NCBI RefSeq assembly: GCF_006345805.1
Contig: NW_021832120.1
Location: 314,694-378,693, forward strand
Source of the DNA: Octopus sinensis
Taxonomy: Eukaryota
Length of the DNA stretch: 64,000 nucleotides
Reading direction: 5' to 3'
Shown: positions 12,726 to 23,359 of the stretch, one piece after another
How positions within the stretch are numbered: position 1 is the first letter of the stretch
How the letters are laid out: each line of letters opens with the position of its first letter
The notes under the pieces: model-generated
The model's input: the letters and a program-made list of their open reading frames with translations, nothing else
What the model was told of the DNA's origin: nothing
Database searches by the model: none
Translations under genes and position numbers: made by a program

Positions 12726-13170
12726 CTAAAATCGACGTCCTCTTCCAAAACTTCGATTTCCACCGAATCCTCCCCTTCCACGTGCACCAGAACCACGACC
12801 TCTTCCTCGACTAGCACCTCAAAGTCCTCCGCGGGGAGCACCTCTGCCGCGTGACGACCCCCTTCCCCGTGAATTACTTTCAGGCTGACTAAAGCGAGAC
12901 ATTGGAAGAAGTTTAGCACAATCAACGTAAAAATTGGTTTGATCTTGAAACGAATCAGGTTTTATTCCATGAGATGTTTTGACTGAGCACATAAAACTAT
13001 CTATGGGACCAAGGACATCATCCAACTACACAATAAAGTCAATAAACAAACGATCAAATTTGCTGCTCATTTTCGTTAAAAATGGGTGCATTAAAGAATG
13101 GAACTTGGTCAAATTCTGAGCAATTAAGAAGCAATAAATCGTCAAAGCTCATTTCTTTCGCTCCCAAATT
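12726..13170 (-). pseudogene. GAR1: GAR1 (H/ACA RNP subunit) pseudogene
   Basis: QVPFFNAPIFNEN, LDDVLGPID, YVDCAKLLPMSRF and an RGG-rich tail; two in-frame TGA stops; one short intron; no N-terminal GAR tract seen. Confidence 0.8.
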
Positions 13171-13826
13171 AATTAATTTTAAAATTGAAATGATTATTCT
13201 TATTAATAATCACGTGATGAATTCATTTAAACGTTAGAGATTTTTACAGTGAACCTATCCCTATCTGGAAATAAAATTCGAATCCAAACTAAATCAATAC
13301 TAAATGAATCAATTAACCAAGTGTGTGTATTGCAGGATTCAAACCCTTCTGGATAAATCTTTATGCATTGTCAGGGCTCTCAATTTGTCCCGATAACTTT
13401 CATTTAACGACCGGAATGAAGAACAACCACATGACCCCTCAAGCACATCAAGCGTTTTTTCATCTTTTGCCTATGACATGCGAAGTCAATCATTCGACAC
13501 ATCATACACTCCTTCATACACTATTTCCGGAATGTTTTGTTCTTCAATTGAGACCATCGCACAATTCCAATCAAGTTCGACTCGGACTGGTGATCCTCTT
13601 CAATAGGTCAAATGCATTGGCCGAGAAGGTATGCACACTGTGCAAAAAGTGGAAGGGAAGTAGTCAAATCATATATTTTTGATTCGGAAGCCAAGATCTA
13701 ATTGATGAGTCGATACAAGTTCGATCCATATTCAGACATTATAAATCCAACTTAGTACCAATTGTGTACCAAGATTCCATATAAATTGGTTAAGAAAGAT
13801 ATTCTGGTTGCTGTGATTTCAAATTA

Positions 13827-15333
13827 CAGTCCGACCCCAAAATGGGCAGACCCCAGGGGTGGGGCACCCTCGGATTTTGGGCACCCCCGCAATTTGGGGC
13901 ACTTTATTCCAAAAGTACATTTTGGCAGAAAAAAATAAAAATCGATAAAAAATTATGGAATTTTTGGGGCACCCTAAAATCATTTATAAGGAATTAAAAA
14001 TAAAATAAAATTATAATAAATTAATTATTTTTTGCGGGATGCCATAAACTTGAAATATTTCAAAGACTACGCGTAGATAAAATTCCGATTTCAGGCCCTA
14101 TTTTGAAAAAAATTGCCTTAGTTACAGCTTCAAAAATTGGATTTACTTCTTTTAAAGCTTCCAATGGGTGGCTTGATAGATTTAAATTGCGGCATGAACT
14201 TCAATTCAAGTCAATATGTGGTGAAAAAGCTTCATGTGATTTATCTTATGTGAAAAATTATTTTGAAAAATATGACCAGAAAGTATTAAATATGGACCTG
14301 AGAATATATTTAATTGTGATGAAACTGCGCTTTTTATAAAAAGAACTCCTCAAAAATCATTTGTTGAACAAGGCGAACCGTGTTTGGTTTAAACAGGGAA
14401 AGAAAGACTCACTGTTCTTCTATGCTGCAGTTTAATCGGGGAAAAACTTAATCCATTGATTATTGGAAATATAAAAAACCTCGGTGTCTAAAAAATTTTG
14501 ATGTTCAAGATTTTGGGTTATTGTATTCATCTTCTCAAAATGCATGGATGACTGGAAAGACTTTTATGAGTTGGCTTACACTTATAAATGAATCGTTTTG
14601 CAAAAACAACAGAAAAATATTATTAATACTTGACAATGCGGGATGCCATAAAACTGCCGAATGTTCGAACATCGAATTTTTATTTTTGCCGAAAAATACA
14701 ACGCCCTATTTACAACCTTTGGATATGGGAATAATCAAGATTTTTAAAGATTATTATTCCTCTTTCTTAATGGAATTTTTATGTTTTCAAGATTTCGAAA
14801 ACGATTTTACACATTCTATTGGTAAATTAAATTTGCGTCAGGTTATGATGCTAATTTCAAAAGGATGGGAGAAAATAGATGCTAAAAGTATTGTTAATTG
14901 TTGGAAGAAAATCGACAGGAACCGTGATTCTTATGCAACAAAAAACTGTCTAACAGATGAACATTTAGATCAAGTTGTTAACGAAACAATTGATGGAGAA
15001 TGCGAAGACATGAACAATAATGTTTATGATACATATTCAGAAACCGAAAATAGTGAAAATGTCGTAGCAAAAACAAAAGATCTGCTTAACAATTTAGAAG
15101 AAAAAATTTCTAATGTTGCACCAAGTATGCTCCGAGATTTTTTTGATTTTCGGCGGAAATTGACGAACAATATCAGACAAAACTCTACAAATAAAAAGAA
15201 AATAACTGAATATTTTAGTAAAAATGTTTTTTGATGTTTATTAATGGTTTAATTTTTAAAAAAATAACAAACCCTGTTTTTGGGGCACCCCCGCATTTTG
15301 GGGCACTTGGTGCCCCATTTGGGGGTCGGACTG
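13827..15333 (+). mobile_element. pogo/Tigger element with both TIRs and TA target duplication, 5'-deleted transposase
   Basis: TA|CAGTCCGACCCC ... GGGGTCGGACTG|TA; AWMT, LLILDNAGCH, LQPLDMGIIK motifs; same family as 4292-5666. Confidence 0.92.
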
Positions 15334-15539
15334 TATGTATTGACTTGTCTTCCAAAGGATATAAATGAAATCACGGATATTATTTATGCAGGATAATGTG
15401 CATACAAAAATTTGGTTCTTAAAATAAAATAAGAAGCTCTTGATGGGAAAATATTGAGAAAAAAATTACTACTAAATTCTTCTTGCTAATTTATCCAGTC
15501 TGAAATCCAAAAGTGAAAAGGATACGGCCCTGGACTTTA

Positions 15540-16010
15540 TGTGCTCCTTTGGATATAAGAAGTCGAGAAAGGGAGAAATCACCAGAATATGTACGTTAAT
15601 TGAAGATAGAATAAAACCCATCTATTGCCCCTCCTTCGGACAAGGTTCTTAGTCAACTACGTTCAAAACACCCTGCGGCACCGGAAGATCTATCAGAAAT
15701 TCCTGAGTTGGTAACTGGTTCCGTTTGTAACGCATATTCCGTCACTATAAAAAGTCTCTTAATCGAACAAATTGGAGGAAATTGCATTTAATGGCTAGAA
15801 ATATCTGCTGCTCTCAGTTCAATCCCCTCAGTAGCAGTTGTGGTATTTATGGTATGAAGCCCATCCATCTCAAGGACTTTCTTTCTCCGGTAACTGCTGA
15901 GACGGGAAGACGCCTAATGTTGGCCATCATGTGCATATGTACAAGAATTTTCCCTAGTGAGATCTCTCCTTTCGTACAGGATTTACTTTTCACCGCAACT
16001 GGCTGTCAAA
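15540..16010 (+). mobile_element. CRE-like retrotransposon pre-RT/RT fragment
   Basis: IAPPSDKVLSQLRSKHPAAP and SSCGIYGMKPIHLKD align with IIEPSEQSYASLVERHPSPP and SSGGLDGLRQGHLKD of ORF 20838-21614. Confidence 0.7.
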
Positions 16011-16104
16011 ACGCATTCAATTCTATTCAACGAGATCATATATTAAAATAGAGGAAATGATGGAAGCTGAAGAATTTCTTGATATGTTCAACCATGAGTT
16101 AAAT

Positions 16105-17314
16105 CAGTGATTCTCAAGTGCGGCCCCTGGGGCCGCATGCGGCCCCTAGGATTTAATTTGCGGCCCCTAGGTTTTATAAATGTTTTATTTTTTAATTTAA
16201 TATTTTAATTTTATGAATAAAAAATGTCACGTTTTTTATTTGTTTTTGTGATGTCTGATTCTAAACGTTGTCGAAAACTTTCCGAGGAAAATAGGATTTT
16301 TCAACACATCTGGGAAGAAAAATATTTCATTATTGAGATCAATGAAAGGCTCTTTGCCTAATATGCCATTCTATTATTGCAACTCTAAAAACGTATACAA
16401 TCGAACGGCACTACCGTTTCCACTCTATTCTTTATGACAAATTCACTGGTGTTTCTCGGACGAAAAAACTATTTCTTTTATTTTTATATTTAGATTTTAT
16501 CAACTTCTCCCTGAAATTATTTTATTCACTGAAAATAAAGTGGACAATGCATTATTGAAAGACAATAGATGGGTAGCAGATTTAGCATTTTATGTGGATC
16601 TATCGGTGCATCTGTCTGCCCTAAATGTCGAACTACAAGGGAAAAATAAGCTAAATTATCAAATTTATGGATATATAAATGCCTTCGTTAAGAATTAATT
16701 TTATGGAAAGCGCAGATATCAAATAATGATTACACACATTTTCCTTATTTGTCAGAAAATTCGAAAGTGGCTCAACTGATAAATATTTAAAAATAATTGA
16801 AGATTTAAATTTGCAATTTGATGCAAGATTTCAGGTTTTTAGTATTTAATTTAAGCTGACAGAGCTTTAAAGAAGGTGCAAATTCAATGAGATTATTTGC
16901 ATCTCCATTAATTATGAAAAGTGAGGAGGTTTCCGGGATTTACCAACTGGAATTGATTGATTTGCAAATGATGTTGAACTGAAAAGTTTGTTCAACAACA
17001 TTTCAATAATTGACTTTTATTCGAAATTCCAGAGAACCGATTTCCGAATTTTCATCAATATCAAAGAAAAATTAGCAATGTTTGATCAACATATGTCTGC
17101 GAATCGACATTTAGTAAACTCGTTCGAATTAAAACAAAGTTTCGCAGCAGATTGACTGATACTCATCTGAGTGATTTGTTACGTACTTCAACAAGTAGAA
17201 TTAAACCTAATTTTGATTTTTGGTTAATAAATAATTCTTAAAAATTATTTGCGGCCCCTGTAAATTTTTTTTTTTAATTTGCGGCCCCTGAGCAAAAAAG
17301 CTTGAGAATCACTG
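16105..17314 (+). mobile_element. hAT (SPIN/GTF2IRD2-like) internally deleted element
   Basis: TIR CAGTGATTCTCAAG / CTTGAGAATCACTG; perfect 8-bp TSD AGTTAAAT (16097-16104, 17315-17322); WVADLAF, LNVELQGK, CESTFS remnants. Confidence 0.92.
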
Positions 17315-17501
17315 AGTTAAATGAAGGAATTGCAGAAGAAAATACGAAAACAAAAGCATATTTAGAAATTAATGATGTTGGTGTAACAGAAAACGGAAAT
17401 TCACTGTCAAAGACAGAAATTTCTTTATATGGAAAATGTAAAGAAGAATTTAATTTCCAAAATATGAGAGTTGTATCAATATCAAAAGATTCGAGAAAAC
17501 C

Positions 17502-17827
17502 TACCAAGAAGATTCCATATAAATTGGTTAAGAAAGACATTCTGGTTGCTGTGCTCCTTTGGATATAAGAAGTCAAGAAAGGGAGAAATCACCAGAATAT
17601 GTACGTTAATTGAAGATAAAATAAAACCCATCTATTGCACCTCCTTCGGACAAGGTTCTTAGTGCGGCACCGGAAGATCTATCAGAAATTCCTGAGTTGG
17701 TCACTGGTTCCGTTTGTAACGCATATTCCGTCACTATAAAAAGTCTCTTAATCGAATAAATGGGAGGAAATTGCATTTAATGGCTAGAAGTATCTGCTGC
17801 TCTCAGTTCTTTCCCCCTCAGTAGCAG
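17502..17827 (+). repeat. Local duplicate of 13767-13814 joined to 15541-15838
   Basis: Near-identical sequence; junction at a shared TGTG. Confidence 0.9.
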
Positions 17828-18570
17828 TGGGATCATTGAGCGCTTCAACCAAACGATTACGCGCAAAATCTCGAAAATGTTATCTGAGGATAGTACCAAA
17901 AAGTGGATTAACTGTATTGGAGATGCAGTTATCTGGTATAACCTCTCTACTCATTCTTCTACGGGGTTTAAACTATTCTGTAAAAATAGGTGAAACTCCC
18001 TTTATGAGATTCAGGGGAATTCCAGGATTTAATGCAATAGTTCCAGAATATCCTTTTAGTGAATCAAGAGGTATTTATTTTTGGTCATAATTTAGAAATT
18101 GATGAAGAAATTGATTTAGAAAATGCCGAACATGGACGATTCCAACAATTCGAAGAAGAGTTTAGCAAAATTTGTGCAACCCAAGGTATTAAATAATCGT
18201 CAAATTTTTTGATGAAACAAGTTTAAAAACGTCTAATAACATTGAATCGTCGAAATTTAAAATAAATTTCAGACCAATCAACATCAACTCACCTTATTAT
18301 CGTAGAATGAATAAAAAATGTCTGTTCATCGAAATAAAAATGATTTTAAATTGGGAGATATGGTTTTCTATAAAAATTTATAAATATAGGTCCGAATAAA
18401 AAAGGATTTTGGAACGAATCCTTCACTAAAATTAAATAAATTTGAAAGTCCATATAATTCTCCGGTTAAAATTGTTCAGATTTTTTCAAATAACTATGCT
18501 GAGATTGAGAAAAAAGATGGCTCAAAAGATAAAATTCAAATTCATCGGCTTAAAAAGAAAATTAATTAAT
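17828..18570 (+). mobile_element. Ginger-like DDE integrase, C-terminal half, with micro-introns
   Basis: GIIERFNQTITRKI...W...YNLSTHSSTG-ETPF; C-terminal PYNSPVKIVQ...IHRLKK; GT-AG segments 17966-17989 and 18071-18095. Confidence 0.75.
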
Positions 18571-19669
18571 TTTTTGAATTTTTATTAAAAATTTGTTTCA
18601 ATTTGAGAGTTAAACACCGATATCGCAGTGTGAAACTTTTTGTAAAAAAGGTAAGAATTTAATAAAAATTCAAGTTCCAGTAGCATAATCATCTTTTTTG
18701 TATTTGAGTTTTTTGTAAAATTTATTAAATGACATAAAAACAGATAATAGATAATAAAATTAAAAATAATTACAATATTAAATTTATAAGCTAATTTTAA
18801 CCTAATATTATATTTTATTATTTCAGTATAAAAGTTTTGGCAGAATTTTTTCATCTGGTGCTGATCTTTTGTATAATTATATAAACCCATATGGTTATCA
18901 ATCATTATTTATTAGCGAATCAATAATTGTCGCTCAGGGCGTAGGGCGCGTTGTGCATGTGACATAATTGTATTTGAAAAAAATGGAGAAATGATATCTC
19001 TGTGTTTAAAATTAGGGACAGGCTTGCCAGAAAAGCTAGAACCAACACCATTAAAGAAACTCGTTAGCGTTCTTTTAATGAGGATTAGAATAGAACTATA
19101 AAAATAAACTATAAAATACTAAAAATGATCAATATAGTGTAAAAGAAAATAAATTTAATCGAAAAAAATCCATATGAAACAAGATTAATTAATTGATGAA
19201 ATAAATACAAATTTTCTTGCAAAATAAATCTTATTCAAGATATTTTACAAATGGCCAATTTAATTAATCTTCAAACATATAAAAACGGTAATATTATAAA
19301 AATAAAATATTGATAGGATGAAATAATAAAATAAGAATTAACAAACAGAAATGCACACCACAAGAAAAGAATATAACGTGCTTAACACGTGAATAATTTT
19401 TTTGTATTTAAATCTATAAATTAAGAAAATTAAAAAATAAATAACATTTAATATTTTAGGTTTGTTTAAACTTCGCTAGAAACGTAGATTCAGCCGTTTC
19501 ACATTAGTGAGTACCTCCGCTGTACAAACATACTAATAATGGGCACACATTCATTTATTCAGAACTCTTTTTGACCAAATTTATTGATGTTCTGACGGAA
19601 AGTTAGACAATATAAATCAAATATCTTTTTATTCTGATTTTCTATAATAACTTATTTAACCTTGTTTTT

Positions 19670-20007
19670 TTTTTTTTTGTAAACGAAAACAGAGAGAAAA
19701 GAGAGTTAACAAGAGGACTTCCCCGCCTCGTAGATGGAGAAACAGTTTCCACGTACAATGGCAAGGGAAATCCTCTGAAGGAGCCATCCACACTCACGCG
19801 TGTCGTTTCTCTTGCGAGAATCAGACGACCCAGCTTTTTGAGGAAAATGAGTGACCTGTCACCGATTACGCCAGAGGTCTCCACGGCGATCGGGGTAAAC
19901 AGATAGCGTTCCGAGAGATTGGTGTACTTTGAAATCTTTAATTCTTCTGCTCTGCGAGAAGCAGAGCCAGCTGCGACAGCTGAAGGAGGAACGACAGCGA
20001 CAGCGAC
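19670..20007 (-). mobile_element. 5'-truncated CRE-like insertion with poly(A) and 20-bp TSD
   Basis: KISKYTNLSERYLFTPIAVETSGVIG; T-run on + at 19665-19678; ACTTATTTAACCTTGTTTTT at 19650-19669 and 20008-20027. Confidence 0.88.
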
Positions 20008-20116
20008 ACTTATTTAACCTTGTTTTTAAATTTGAGATCAATCAACAATGAATTAATTAAATACTAAATAATTAAAAAAACAATAAAAACATTAATTATT
20101 AATTCGAGCCTATTAT

Positions 20117-20840
20117 ATGCATTCTATATTTCCGAGAAAATACTATATCCCGTCTCAAATAACATACTCAACTAATCATCTGCCATGTAGCAGAATGCTG
20201 AACAGTGGTTATACCAGAAGACATAATGAAGTTATAAGATGCATCCATTTGCATCTCTGCCACCAATATGGAATCAGGAAAACCAAAAGGTTAAAGTCAC
20301 ACACAGTCCAATCGGTTAGCTCAAATCATAAAGTGGAAATAAGAGTGGACACCACCTTGCAGACAGATGTTCATGTAAAAAATAATAGACCAGATATCTT
20401 TCTCCTTGATAAAACAAAAAACGAAATCACTCTAATTGAAGTCGGAAATACTTCCCACGCCATGTTAAAGCAAGTGGAAGTAGAAAAACTACATAAATAT
20501 GATCTTCTTGCTGGAGAATTATCTCAAATCCACGGTGCGAAAGTAACGATAATCCCCATTGTCCTCACATGTGACGAGATAGTTTCTTAATTCTATAAGT
20601 CTTATATGGAAAGACTGAAGTTGGATGCTTCCACTAGATCGTATATACAATCGCTGACGATTAAAAAGACATTGGAGACCATGCTTGTTGAACATAAACA
20701 TGGAGTGGAAATTGAAAAACATGAGGAACAAGTTTCGAGGGCCACCAACCACCTCCTAAAATTGGCTAGAGAAACAACAGATCCACCAGATTTGCCGGAA
20801 GATGTGTCTCATGTGTCATATGAAGTGTTAGAGAATGCTA
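20117..20840 (+). mobile_element. R4/Dong-like non-LTR retrotransposon 3' end (CCHC + RLE)
   Basis: YTRRHNEVIRCIH, NNRPDIFLLDK..ITLIEVG, EKLHKYDLLA, KVTIIPIVLT, YIQSLTIKKTLE. Confidence 0.85.
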
Positions 20841-23002
20841 GGAATCGAATGCGATTAGTTTGGCGGAGAACATTACGTGTCGAATTGTTTCTGGCAGTTT
20901 CCCTGATAGCATCCTGTTCATTAGTTTGGTGATAGCCAACACGAGCCATACCCCAGAATTGCCCGTGTTACGACCAATAAGATCTTTGAGGTGGCCCTGA
21001 CGGAGCCCATCTAGTCCACCACTGCTGCTCGGGACAAAGGAGAGAATCCCATCTTTTACGTTTTCTTCGGAGACAAGTAGATTGGGTAATTGTCCTGGGC
21101 AAGGAGGAATCCGATGTTCGTCTGGGGGACTTGGGTGACGTTCAACAAGTGATGCGTAGGACTGTTCAGACGGCTCAATTATACGGTGTTGGTCTGCCAG
21201 AGTCCTCACAGCAGCACGGATTCCACCTTCCAAAAGTTTTCGACGGATCGCACTTCGTAGTCTCTGAGTGTCAGAAATAGGCTTCTCATTTTGGGGTTTG
21301 TAGGTAGGCTTCTCTGAGTCTGCGAATAGGTTCCTTGAGACGAATGTGCGGACGTTCTCCTTTACTAATGACGTAAGTAATTTCTCTTCTTTCCCCCTCC
21401 TATGGGGTATGCATAGTGTAAATGGGGCGAAGCAGAATAGTCGTAACCAATCTTCAGAGTCGTCCGAAGAAACTACTTTTTCGATACACTCACATAGACA
21501 GTCCGCGACAGATATACGGGCAGCTTTGGGAATCCTGATCAGGAGTCTTCGTGTATGTGTCAGGGTTGATATCAATTCAAGTATTCCCTGATGGTCTAGT
21601 GCAGACGTCACCAAACTACGGCCCGCGGGCCGGATCCGGCCCGCGACAACATTTTATCCGGCCCGCGCACTATTTCTCGAGATATTCAATTAATACCTAT
21701 AATTAACTTAAATAAAAACTTTAATTAAAAAATTAAACTATTTTTGCAGATGTATTAAATAGATTTTATAAACTCCGAAGTGAGATTGATATTTTTCTAA
21801 CCAGTAAAATAACTATTATCCCGAATTATCAGATCTCTTGCTTGGCTATCAAAATTATCATTTTTGGTTGATGTTACAACTCACATGAATGAGCTAAATC
21901 TGAAATTACAAGGAAAGGAAACTTAATTTGTGATTTCTACAGGATAATTAAAGCATTTCGACAAAAATTGATGTTATTCGAGTCACAACTTGGAGTACGT
22001 CAGTTTTCACACTTTTCTTGTTTTAAAAGTTTTTGTGAGGCAAACTGTAATGAGATCGACATTACTTTCCAAATTGGAATTATCAAAGAATTAAAACATC
22101 ATTTTTTACATAAGTTTTCTGAACTTGACAAAATTGAAAGCGATATAATTTTGTTCGAAAATCCATTTTCTTGTAATGTTGAAAATGTTCAACATGAATT
22201 ACAATTAGAAGTTATTGACTTACAATCAATGAACAGCTCAAAGATTGTCACAGACGGACAAACTCGCTGAGTTCTACGAATATCTCAAGGATGATGAGTT
22301 TCCGAGACTAAAGAATTTTGCGATAAAGATGATTTCTATATTTGGCACAACTTACCAATGTGAGCAAACGTTTTCGAGGATGAAATATGTTAAGTCTGCC
22401 CATCGTGCAAGATTGACTGACGGACACTTAAAATCAATTCTCATGATAGGATGCAGCAATTTAAACCAAATATTGATGAACTTATCAAAAAAAGATCACA
22501 GTTCCATAGCTCTCATTAAAATTTTTGTTTACTTTATTTTTGTTTAAATTTTTTTATTGTAAAAAACACACTTATGAATTTCTAGTAAAATATAATCCTA
22601 TGCACGTGCTCCGGCCGCGTTCATTGTGTTGGGTTCAATCCGGCCCGCGAGTGCAAAAAGTTGGTGACCCCTGGTCTAGTGGGACATGTTTGGAAGGTAG
22701 CGTATAGGAGAGTTTGTCGCATTATCTGGTTGGAAACATGCCCGACAATGCCAATCAGAAATGAGCGCCAGGGCTCTTTTAGTCATTCCGGCACAGGACA
22801 TGTGGAATCCACACGAGCAGGCCGTGCAATGGATCATCCTCTTTCTTTTGTTAATCGTGTTGCATTTTTTGCAGATCTCATCTTCTTTTGCAGTTTCTTG
22901 CATGTACTTTTCCGATTTTTCCTTTCTTTTTTCTCTTCTTTTTTCTTTTTCTTCACACCACAACAGCGCGCGCGTGCAATGGCATCGCCCCTGCCTGTCA
23001 AT
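20838..23002 (-). mobile_element. CRE-like retrotransposon 5' half with N-terminal PHD finger, interrupted by hAT and 3'-truncated
   Basis: ORF 22676-22963 CKKC...CTACSCGFHMSC...WHCRAC (C4HC3); ORF 20838-21614 RIPKAARIS...W...GGLDGLRQGHLKD. The pieces abut across the hAT TSD with a 1-nt frame offset. Confidence 0.8.
21602..22673 (+). mobile_element. hAT (GTF2IRD2-like) internally deleted element
   Basis: TIR CAG(AC/GG)GTCACCAA; perfect 8-bp TSD GTCTAGTG (21594-21601, 22674-22681); LNLKLQG, FGTTYQCEQTFSRMK. Confidence 0.92.
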
Positions 23003-23039
23003 TGAATTAAGTTTTATAAATTTGTCAACAACAGCAAAA

Positions 23040-23315
23040 ATATCTTGACCTCGTACTCTTCCATCAGGATCGATACAAAAAGAAAATCCTCAACGATCTT
23101 GTTTGCCTCGACAAAACGTACAAAAAAACCAAGTGACAAATCAAAGTTATATCAGTCGATTCATCAAACTGGATGCTTATCGGAGAAGAACTGCAGTTAA
23201 TACGATCAACAATCTGAGACAAGATATCACCAGATATATCATGAATTCTTCGATAACCTATATCATTTGACAAAGGGACCTCTTTGAATCCGAATACAGA
23301 ATCGGCGCCAAGCAA
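23040..23315 (-). mobile_element. hAT (Buster-like) transposase fragment
   Basis: VPLSNDIGYRRIHDIS...SIQFDESTD. Confidence 0.75.
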
Positions 23316-23359
23316 AATTCAAGTTTATATAGATAAAACGACCCGGTTTGATATAAACT

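Noticed and set aside
17828-18570. LTR retrotransposon
   Set aside because: No gag, protease, RT or LTRs nearby, and apparent introns in the integrase.
18585-18905. 106-aa ORF
   Set aside because: Low-complexity AT-rich translation with no recognisable motif.
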